From contig OZ243916.1 of assembly GCA_965213675.1 (NCBI GenBank), forward strand, positions 2,464,001 to 2,528,000: a stretch of DNA of 64,000 bases, in the 5' to 3' direction. The stretch comes from an uncultured Candidatus Binatia bacterium (GTDB lineage: Bacteria > Desulfobacterota > Binatia > UBA9968 > JAJDTQ01). The notes under the pieces were generated by a model. That model saw only the letters and a program-made list of their open reading frames with translations, had not been told where the DNA came from and made no database searches. Below are positions 56,567-64,000 of the stretch, in pieces. The translations under genes were made by a program, and so were the position numbers. Positions within the stretch are counted from its first letter, which is position 1. Each line of letters starts with the position of its first letter.

Positions 56567-57033
56567 TGGGCCTGGAGATCACACTCACGGTAAACGGCAA
56601 GACTCACACGGCCGAGCTGGAGCCGTCCACCGCGCTGGTGGACTTCCTGCGCGACACGCTGGGCTACAAGGGCGTCAAGCTCTGCTGCAACACGGGCGAG
56701 TGCGGCGCCTGCACCATCATCATGGACGGGAAGCCGGTGAACTCCTGCGTCGTCCTGGGAGCGGACGCGGCCGGGGCCGACCTGGTCACGGTGGAAGGCA
56801 TCGCCGACGGCGACGAACTGCACCCGGTGCAACAGGCCTTCATCGACACCGGCGCGGTGCAGTGCGGCTACTGCACGCCGGGCTTCATCGTCTCCCTCAA
56901 GGCGCTGCTGGACCGCACCAAGAGCCCCACGGCCGCGGATGTCGAGGAGGCCATCTCCGGAAACATCTGCAGGTGCACGGGCTACACGAAGATCTTCGAC
57001 GCCGTCGAACTGGCCGCCAAGCGGATGTCGTAA
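56563..57033 (+). CDS. Xanthine dehydrogenase-family 2x[2Fe-2S] subunit (CoxS-like)
   Basis: C...GECGACT, QCGYCTPG and CRCTGY motifs. Confidence 0.96.
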   Translation: MMGLEITLTVNGKTHTAELEPSTALVDFLRDTLGYKGVKLCCNTGECGACTIIMDGKPVNSCVVLGADAAGADLVTVEGIADGDELHPVQQAFIDTGAVQCGYCTPGFIVSLKALLDRTKSPTAADVEEAISGNICRCTGYTKIFDAVELAAKRMS

Positions 57034-57057
57034 ACGGGTGGGAAGGAGTCAAGACCC

Positions 57058-59343
57058 ATGGCAAAGGCTGAATACACCGTCCTGGGAACCGACATGCCCC
57101 GCAAGGGCGGGGTCGAGCGGGTGGTCGGCAAGGGCGTTTACGGCATCGACCTGAACCTGCCCGACGCCCTCAGCGGCGGCGTGCTCCGGAGTGAGCATGC
57201 CCACGCGAAGATCGTCGGCATCGACACCAGCGAGGCCAAGGCCATCCCGGGCGTGCGCGCGGTGGTGACAGCCGCGGATGCGCCGGACGTGCGCTACGGC
57301 CGCTCCTACATCGACCGCTACATCCTCGCCAAAGACAAGGTCCGCTACATGGGCGACCCGGTGGCGGCGGTGGCGGCGGACAGCCAGGCGCTGGTCAAGG
57401 AAGCCCTCAGGAAGATCAAGGTCACCTACGAGCCGCTGCCGGTGGTGGTGGACCCGGAAGAGACCATGAAGGAGTCGGCGCCGACCATCCACGAGGACAT
57501 GCCGCTGCCCAAGAACCTGCCGGAAGGCGTGCAGGTCAAGAACGTCTGCGGCTACGCGGCGGTGAACATCGGCGACGCCGAGGCCGCCATGGCGGAAGCC
57601 GACGTGGTGGTGGACGAGGTCTACGAAACCAGGATGATCCATCCCCAGTACCTGGAGCCGCGCATCGCCGCGGCCCGGCCCGAGGAGGACGGCCGCCTCA
57701 CGGTGTGGGCCAACGCCCAGGCGCCCTTCCCGGTGCGCACGGAAGTCGCCAACCTCGTGGGACTGCCCCTGAACCAGGTGCGGGTCATCTCCACCGGCAT
57801 CGGCGGCGGCTTCGGCGGCAAGGGTAGCGGAGTCACCTCCAGCGCGGGCCTGGAGCCCATCTGCGCGCTGCTGGCGCTGACCGCGGGGCAGCCGGTGATG
57901 ATCGTCATGGACAAGGCGGAAGAGACCATCTCCACCACCATCCGCTCCGGCTGCAAGATCTGGATCAAGACCGGCGCCAGGAAGGACGGCACCCTGGTGG
58001 CGCGCCAGGGCAAGGTGGTGTACGACGCCGGCGGCTACTCGGGCTTCGGCAACCAGGCCGGCGGCCGCTGCACCCAGATGGTGGGCGGCTGGTACCGCCT
58101 GCCCAACATCCACATGGACGGCTTTACCGTCTACACCAACAAGCAGGTATGCGGTCCGGTGCGCGGCCCCGGCGGCCCCCAGGCCACCTTCGCCATGGAA
58201 TCCCACATGGACTCCCTCGCCGCCGAGCTGGGCATGGACCCCATCGAGTTCCGCCTGAAGAACGTGCCCGAGAAGGGCGACGGCATCGTCGGCGTCCCCA
58301 AGCTGCGGGACAGCTCGCTGGCCGAGACCCTGAACCTCGCCAAGGAGAAGATCGGCTGGGGCAAGGTCAAGCTCGGGAAGAACCAGGGCATCGGGTTCGC
58401 CACCGGGGCGTGGATCGAGGGCGCGGGACCCGGCGGCGGCGCGGTGGTCAAGATGAACGAGGACGGCTCCGCCACGGTGCACATCGGCAAGGTGGACTAT
58501 GGCACCGCCGCCCCCTTCGGCATCCCCATGATCGTGGCCGAGGTGCTGGGCATTTCCACCGACGACGTCACCGTGCTCAACGTGGACACGGACGCCAGTC
58601 CCTGGGACGCGGGCACGGTGGGCAGCCGCTCGATGCTGGTGTCCGGCAACGCCGTCAAGCTGGCGGCCGAGGACGCCCGCGACCAGATCCTGCGCATGGC
58701 CGCGGGACAGCTGGAGGCCAGCCCGGAGGACCTGGAAATCGTCGACCGGCAGATCCAGGTCAAGGGCGCGCCGTCACGGTCGGTGTCGCTGGCGTCGGTC
58801 TGCAACGCGGGACACAACGAGATCGGCGACGTCATCGGCCGCGGCTACTTCGACTCCAAGGCCTCGCAAGTCCACGAGCGGGAAGTAGGCAGCTCCCAGC
58901 CCTTTACCACCCACGCCGCCATGGTGGAGGTGGATGCAGACACCGGCAACGTCAAGGTGCTGAAATACGTGGCCGTGCATGACGTGGGCTTCGTGGTGCA
59001 TCCCAAGGCGGTGGAAGGCCAGATCGAAGGCGCCGCGGCCATGAGCCTGGGCCAGGCGCTGTGCGAGCAGGTGGTGCACGACGGCGACGGGCGGACGCTG
59101 AACCCGACCTTCGTCGACTACCTGATGCCGACCATCAACATGCTGCCGCGCATCGAGGCCATCACCGTGCCGGGCTACCCCGGCGCCGGACCTTACGGCA
59201 CCAAGGGCGCGGGCGAGATCGGCTCCGTGCCGCCCATGGCCTGCATCGCCAACGCCATCCACAACGCCACCGGCGTGCGCGTGCGCCGGCTCCCGCTGAG
59301 CCCCGAGAACGTGCTGCGGGCGCTCCGGGAAGCCGGGCAATAG
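57058..59343 (+). CDS. Xanthine dehydrogenase-family molybdopterin subunit
   Basis: GGGFGGK, GPVRGPG, GTVGSRS, GQIEG and GTKGAGE motifs. Confidence 0.96.
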   Translation: MAKAEYTVLGTDMPRKGGVERVVGKGVYGIDLNLPDALSGGVLRSEHAHAKIVGIDTSEAKAIPGVRAVVTAADAPDVRYGRSYIDRYILAKDKVRYMGDPVAAVAADSQALVKEALRKIKVTYEPLPVVVDPEETMKESAPTIHEDMPLPKNLPEGVQVKNVCGYAAVNIGDAEAAMAEADVVVDEVYETRMIHPQYLEPRIAAARPEEDGRLTVWANAQAPFPVRTEVANLVGLPLNQVRVISTGIGGGFGGKGSGVTSSAGLEPICALLALTAGQPVMIVMDKAEETISTTIRSGCKIWIKTGARKDGTLVARQGKVVYDAGGYSGFGNQAGGRCTQMVGGWYRLPNIHMDGFTVYTNKQVCGPVRGPGGPQATFAMESHMDSLAAELGMDPIEFRLKNVPEKGDGIVGVPKLRDSSLAETLNLAKEKIGWGKVKLGKNQGIGFATGAWIEGAGPGGGAVVKMNEDGSATVHIGKVDYGTAAPFGIPMIVAEVLGISTDDVTVLNVDTDASPWDAGTVGSRSMLVSGNAVKLAAEDARDQILRMAAGQLEASPEDLEIVDRQIQVKGAPSRSVSLASVCNAGHNEIGDVIGRGYFDSKASQVHEREVGSSQPFTTHAAMVEVDADTGNVKVLKYVAVHDVGFVVHPKAVEGQIEGAAAMSLGQALCEQVVHDGDGRTLNPTFVDYLMPTINMLPRIEAITVPGYPGAGPYGTKGAGEIGSVPPMACIANAIHNATGVRVRRLPLSPENVLRALREAGQ

Positions 59344-59404
59344 CGCCCGAGGCCCGCGGCGGCCCGACTCCCCGTTCGTCGCGTACGCACGGCGACGATG
59401 AAAA

Positions 59405-59433
59405 CGCGGGGCGGGTTTCGCACCCGCCCCGCG
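59405..59433. repeat. REP-like/terminator hairpin after the Mo-hydroxylase operon
   Basis: CGCGGGGCGGGT-TTCGC-ACCCGCCCCGCG (12-bp stem); shares its core with 40619-40645. Confidence 0.6.
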
Positions 59434-59558
59434 CTCGGGAAGCGGCAGCGTTCGAAACAGGCACGCCCAGACATGATCATCGAATCCCTCCAACGTTGCC
59501 CGTGCCCGGCCACGCACTGGCCGGCGGGACCGGCCGGCCGCGTGGCCGATGATTACCC

Positions 59559-60905
59559 TTGAGGTTGGTCGCGCACGCCCGCCGGCGGCTGTCCGGCCTC
59601 TATTACGGTTGGCGGATGATGGGGCTCACGGCCCTCATCCGCACCGTGGGCGGCGGCGTCCACGGCTTCGGCTTCACCATCTTCTTCCTGCCCCTCAAGG
59701 CCGAGTTGGGCATCAGTTCGGCGGCCACCTCGCTGGCGTTCTCCCTGGCCCGGGCCGAGGGCGCCATCGAGGGTCCGCTGAGCGGCTATCTCATCGACCG
59801 TTACGGCGCCAAGCCCGTGATCCTCACCGCCGCGATCCTGTGCGGTATCGGCTACATCCTCCTGTCCACCATCGAGAGCTACAGGAGCTTCCTGATCATC
59901 TACGCCGGCGTCATCTCCCTCACCTTCATGCCCGGCTTCGTGCACGCGCCCGCGGTGCTCGCCACCCACTGGTTCACCCGTTACCGTGCCCGGGCGCTGA
60001 CCTGCCTGAGCGCCGCCATGCCCGTGGGCGGGGCGCTGATCGCGCCGGTGCTCGCTATCATTATCGAAACCTGGGGCTGGCGCGCGGGCGCGTTCTTCGC
60101 CGGCTGCCTGTTCCTCTTCGTGGCCGCGCCCCTGACCCTGAAGATCCGGCCGTCGCCCGAGAGCATGGGCCTGCGGCCGGACGGGGAGCCGGCGCCGGGC
60201 GCAGATCCGACGGGCGGCGCCGGAAAGGACGCCGCGACGCGGTCGGGGCCGGTCCACGGCGCGGGCGAAGAAGCCACCGCACGGATTGAACCGTCTTCGC
60301 CCGGCCCGTCCGAGTTCACCGTCGGCCGGGCCATGCGGAACCCGGTCTACTGGCTCTTCGTCCTGTGGATGACCACCCGCAGCGCCGCCTACAGCCTGGT
60401 GATCGTGCACTTCGTGCCGATGATGGTGTGGAAGGGGTTGAGCCCGGAGGCGGCCGCGTTTCTCCTCTCCGGGTTCGCCTTGATGAACATCGTGGCGCAC
60501 TTCATCATAGGGTGGATCGCCGACCAGACCAACAAGGTGCGCCTGGTCAACGGGTGCATGCTGCTGACCTTCATCGGCATGGTGCCGCTCATCGCCAGCG
60601 ACGCCCTCTGGGGCATGGTGGTCTTCTCGGTCCTCTTCACCGTGCTGGACGCTTCCATCCCGGTCATTTGGGCGGCCGTAGGCGACTTCTTCGGACGCCA
60701 GCGCTTCGGCACCATCCGCGGCACCATGAGCTTCTTCTATATGTGGGGCAGCGTCCTCGGCCCCTACGCCGCGGGAGCCATGTACGACCGGAGCGCGAGC
60801 TACGCCGGCGTGCTCTGGCTCCTGCTGGTCCTCGTGGCGTTATCCGGGGGCGCCACGTCCCTGCTCGCCCGGCCCTGGAGCCGGGGCGTTGGGCGCGAAT
60901 ACTGA
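59559..60905 (+). CDS. MFS transporter
   Basis: LYYGW, GYLIDRYGAK, PESMGLRPDG and DFFGRQRFGTIRG motifs. Confidence 0.92.
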   Translation: MRLVAHARRRLSGLYYGWRMMGLTALIRTVGGGVHGFGFTIFFLPLKAELGISSAATSLAFSLARAEGAIEGPLSGYLIDRYGAKPVILTAAILCGIGYILLSTIESYRSFLIIYAGVISLTFMPGFVHAPAVLATHWFTRYRARALTCLSAAMPVGGALIAPVLAIIIETWGWRAGAFFAGCLFLFVAAPLTLKIRPSPESMGLRPDGEPAPGADPTGGAGKDAATRSGPVHGAGEEATARIEPSSPGPSEFTVGRAMRNPVYWLFVLWMTTRSAAYSLVIVHFVPMMVWKGLSPEAAAFLLSGFALMNIVAHFIIGWIADQTNKVRLVNGCMLLTFIGMVPLIASDALWGMVVFSVLFTVLDASIPVIWAAVGDFFGRQRFGTIRGTMSFFYMWGSVLGPYAAGAMYDRSASYAGVLWLLLVLVALSGGATSLLARPWSRGVGREY

Positions 60906-61053
60906 GGACCGGCGGCGGCGTTCGTCCTGAAGGCCCGCCGGTCGTGGAGACCTTTCATCCCGAACGAAACGAAGTCGAAGGATGCCGGCCTGTCCGCGGT
61001 GGCCGTTTGATCCGTCTGCTTTCCAATAGTATCCCCGATCCGGGAGGTTCCAG

Positions 61054-62172
61054 ATGACACTCATCATCGACAATCCGACCGTCGAGAAGGTCCTCGACCC
61101 GTCCGAGGTAAACGACGCCCTGGAGCTGGCCGCGCTCGAATTGGCCACCGGCGGCGCCATCAACGCGCCCCCGTACCGGGTGTTCACACCCAGAGATCCG
61201 GACGACTATCGCCATCACCCCAGGTTTCCCGAAGGCGGTGGCAATCCGACGCACCACGCCTACACTTCGCTGAGCGGCGCCATCGCAAAACTGGATACCG
61301 TCACGGACCGCATCGATTCCGACATCATCACCTATTTCGAGCAGGACGGACGAACGCTGCAACGCCGCGTGCCGGGCCGCAAGGACGGCCGGTTCTGCGG
61401 CCTCATCTTCCTCTACAGCTCCCGCACCGGCGAGTTGCAGGCCATCATCCACGACGGTTATCTGCAGAAATTCCGGGTGGCGGGCACCGGCGCGGTGGGA
61501 GCGAGACATTTGGCACGAAAAGACGCGCGCACCATGGCGATCATCGGCACCGGCTGGCAGGCCCAGGGTGCCGCGCACTGTTTCGCGGCCCTGGGCACCC
61601 TGGAAAAGATCGAGGTGTACAGCCCCACTCCCGGCAAGAAGGAGCGATTCGCGGAGCAGATGTCAAAGGAGGCCGGAATCGAGATCGTTCCGGCTCCTTC
61701 CGCCCGGGAGGCCGTCCGCGGCGCCGACATCGTCTACATGGCCACCAACTCCAAGGACCCGGTGGTGATGGCCGACTGGCTGGAGCCGGGTCAGTTCGTC
61801 AGCAACGTCTCGGACGTGGAGCTGGAGATCGCCGGCTGGGAACGCTGCGACGTGCTGACCATGAACCGCCACGGCCGGCGCTGGATGAGGTATGCCATCG
61901 GCGGCGCCGAAGCCATCCCCGAGCAAGGGAAGGACCAGTACACGAGGCCGACGCAAATCGAGTGGGACAAGCTGCCGCTCCTGGGCGACGTCATCGCCGG
62001 AAACCACCCCGGCCGCACCTCCGCCGACCAGATCACCGGTCTCGTCCTGCGCGGCGACGGCGTGCAGTTTACCGCCGTAAGCCATCTCATCTATAGTCGC
62101 TGCAAGGCGAAGGGGTTGGGCACCGAGATTCCCAGCGAGTTGTTCCTGCAGGACGAGAAATACATACCCTGA
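61054..62172 (+). CDS. Ornithine cyclodeaminase/mu-crystallin-family protein
   Basis: RVAGTGAVGARHLAR, IGTGWQA and LGDVIAG..PGRTSADQIT motifs. Confidence 0.9.
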   Translation: MTLIIDNPTVEKVLDPSEVNDALELAALELATGGAINAPPYRVFTPRDPDDYRHHPRFPEGGGNPTHHAYTSLSGAIAKLDTVTDRIDSDIITYFEQDGRTLQRRVPGRKDGRFCGLIFLYSSRTGELQAIIHDGYLQKFRVAGTGAVGARHLARKDARTMAIIGTGWQAQGAAHCFAALGTLEKIEVYSPTPGKKERFAEQMSKEAGIEIVPAPSAREAVRGADIVYMATNSKDPVVMADWLEPGQFVSNVSDVELEIAGWERCDVLTMNRHGRRWMRYAIGGAEAIPEQGKDQYTRPTQIEWDKLPLLGDVIAGNHPGRTSADQITGLVLRGDGVQFTAVSHLIYSRCKAKGLGTEIPSELFLQDEKYIP

Positions 62173-62173
62173 C

Positions 62174-62809
62174 ATGAACAGGCAGAAGCGTACCGCCATT
62201 TACGAGCGGCTCCAGGAAAACAACCCCAGCCCCTCCACCGAGCTGGACTGGGTCGATCCCTTCGAGTTGCTGGTCGCCGTGGTGCTGTCGGCCCAAGCCA
62301 CCGACGTGAGCGTGAACAAGGCCACGGCCAAGTTGTACCCGGTGGCCAATACCCCCGAGAAGATCCTCAAGCTGGGGACCACCCGGCTCAAGCGCTACAT
62401 CCGCACCATCGGGCTGTTCAACAGCAAGGCCGAGAACATCATCAAGACCTGCAGGATCCTCATTGACGAGCACGCCGGCCAGGTGCCGCGCACCCGCGAG
62501 GCCCTGGAGAAACTCCCCGGCGTCGGCCGGAAGACCGCCAACGTCATCCTCAACACCGCCTTCGGCGAGCCCGCCATCGCCGTGGACACCCACATCTTCC
62601 GCGTCGCCAACCGCACGCGCATGGCAAAGGGGAAGACTCCGCTGGAGGTGGAAACCCGCCTCACCCGCCTGACGCCGCCGGAATTCCGCCAGGACGCCCA
62701 CCACTGGCTCATCCTCCACGGCCGCTACGTGTGCAAAGCGCGCAAGCCCGAGTGTCCCGCCTGCGTCATCGCCGATCTGTGCGAGTTCCCGGACAAAACG
62801 CCCGCCTGA
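62174..62809 (+). CDS. nth: Endonuclease III
   Basis: LSAQATD, LPGVGRKTANV, VDTH and C-x6-C-x2-C-x5-C motifs. Confidence 0.98.
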   Translation: MNRQKRTAIYERLQENNPSPSTELDWVDPFELLVAVVLSAQATDVSVNKATAKLYPVANTPEKILKLGTTRLKRYIRTIGLFNSKAENIIKTCRILIDEHAGQVPRTREALEKLPGVGRKTANVILNTAFGEPAIAVDTHIFRVANRTRMAKGKTPLEVETRLTRLTPPEFRQDAHHWLILHGRYVCKARKPECPACVIADLCEFPDKTPA

Positions 62810-62860
62810 ATCCTGAGCCGCGCTCCAGAAAGTACACCTGTCTCGCCCCGGGTGGCGCCG

Positions 62861-64000
62861 TCAGGCGTTCACGGCTTGCTTTTCCGCGCCGGAATCTCCC
62901 GCGCCCGAATACGGGTTGAACTCCGTATCGACCTTGGACATCAGGAAGAAGACTTCCTCCACGGCGTTGGTGAGTTGCAGGACCCTCGCCACGTCCTCTT
63001 GCGGCAGGGGCGGATTCAGGTTCACATGGCGGGCGCGCGTCTGGCGCATCAGGTCGCCCCGATCCCCGAGGAGCCTCTGTGCCATGGCCCAGGAGAACTC
63101 GTCGTCGGACTCCATGGCGTGGCTTACGGACAGGAACGCGGCGCCCACTCCCTCGCAGACAATGCCGTAGAGTTCCTTCAGTCTCGGCCGGCCTTTGCAC
63201 ACCAGGACCTCCTCGCACAGGGTCCCCACCGAATTTTCCAACCAGGAAAGCAGTTTTACCCGGCTCATCATCCCATTGAGGCCTTCTACTTCCTGCATGG
63301 GGTGGGCTTCGTGAAGGTCTTCCAGAAAATACGAGATCTCGTCAATCACACTCTGACATGCGCTCCGGTTCTGCCTGATGTCCGCGCCTTGCCGCACGAC
63401 ATCGAAATAGTTCGAGATGATCCCGAACACATGCTTTTGTTCCAGATCCACCAGCATCGTCGCGGTGCCGACATCCACCAGCGCACGGTCGTAAATGAAC
63501 CGCGTTTTCGACAACTCATCCATGGGCGACATCGGCCAACGCTTTTCGAAAAGGCGGGCCGTTGGCCCAAGCAACACGAACAAAGGAAGGACGACTGCGG
63601 CGGTAAGGATATAGGCCATCGTCAACTGCTGAGTCAGTTCGAACGGCATGGAAAGGATCAGGGCCTTGACTCCTGGAATGCCGAACCAGAGTTCGGCATA
63701 GAACAGGGGAATCGCCACGGCGCAGATCAGAACGTTCTGGAACACCAGATACATGGCGACCTGGCGGGCCCGACCGGTCAGATTCACCGACAGCATGTAA
63801 GTGATGATGCCCGACCCGACGACGCTGCCGTATATGAACATCAGGATCTGCTCTACGCTGAGGAACCCGACGGCAGCCAGGCTGATGGCGAATACGCATA
63901 CCGTGCTTGAAGACTGTACAACGACCGTCAACACGGCCGCGACCAGTAACGCGAGCAGCGGTGACTCACTGCTCCACTCCATCACATCCCGGAACCAGGC
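62861..64000 (-). CDS. Na+/Pi cotransporter-family protein (5' end outside the window)
   Basis: VVVQSSS motif, hydrophobic helices and a PhoU-like helical C-terminus; frame open to 64000. Confidence 0.8.
   Translation of the reverse strand, partial: AWFRDVMEWSSESPLLALLVAAVLTVVVQSSSTVCVFAISLAAVGFLSVEQILMFIYGSVVGSGIITYMLSVNLTGRARQVAMYLVFQNVLICAVAIPLFYAELWFGIPGVKALILSMPFELTQQLTMAYILTAAVVLPLFVLLGPTARLFEKRWPMSPMDELSKTRFIYDRALVDVGTATMLVDLEQKHVFGIISNYFDVVRQGADIRQNRSACQSVIDEISYFLEDLHEAHPMQEVEGLNGMMSRVKLLSWLENSVGTLCEEVLVCKGRPRLKELYGIVCEGVGAAFLSVSHAMESDDEFSWAMAQRLLGDRGDLMRQTRARHVNLNPPLPQEDVARVLQLTNAVEEVFFLMSKVDTEFNPYSGAGDSGAEKQAVNA

Noticed and set aside
55697-59343. Aerobic CO dehydrogenase coxMSL
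   Set aside because: Gene order matches, but both CO dehydrogenase active-site signatures and the cox accessory genes are absent.
1-64000. CRISPR arrays, tRNA/rRNA genes, integrases, full transposases
   Set aside because: None was recognised by eye in any intergenic region; a covariance-model scan was not run.

Overview
High-GC bacterial chromosomal window. The gene content (Tct-type transporters, luciferase-like monooxygenases, amidohydrolases, Mo enzymes, AddAB) resembles Deltaproteobacteria/Binatota-type metagenome bins; this taxonomy is inference only. The backbone is catabolic/redox genes plus housekeeping genes (aat, addAB, nth, an L,D-transpeptidase, a Na/Pi cotransporter). Three defence/toxin-antitoxin patches with visibly weaker GC3 bias interrupt it. 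(1) About 18.5-23.1 kb: a Schlafen/AlbA_2-HATPase protein with an unusual beta-rich C-terminus, an MmeI/YeeA methyltransferase relic and a DUF262 GmrSD-like gene. (2) About 37.8-39.8 kb: a PD-(D/E)xK nuclease fused to a SeqA-C-like domain, and higBA with a non-canonical toxin start. (3) About 46.8-54.4 kb: an AAA-DUF4143 ATPase, a second DUF262, a 312-aa unknown protein paired with a PIN toxin carrying an internal stop, an orphan Phd and an intact PIN-RHH pair. Features missing from the ORF track include a ferritin-like gene at the left edge, several gene relics, and a 142-bp direct repeat that starts with an IS630-like end and duplicates the start of an amidase gene. No rRNA, tRNA or CRISPR array was seen. 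All family assignments come from motif recognition by eye; no database searches were run.
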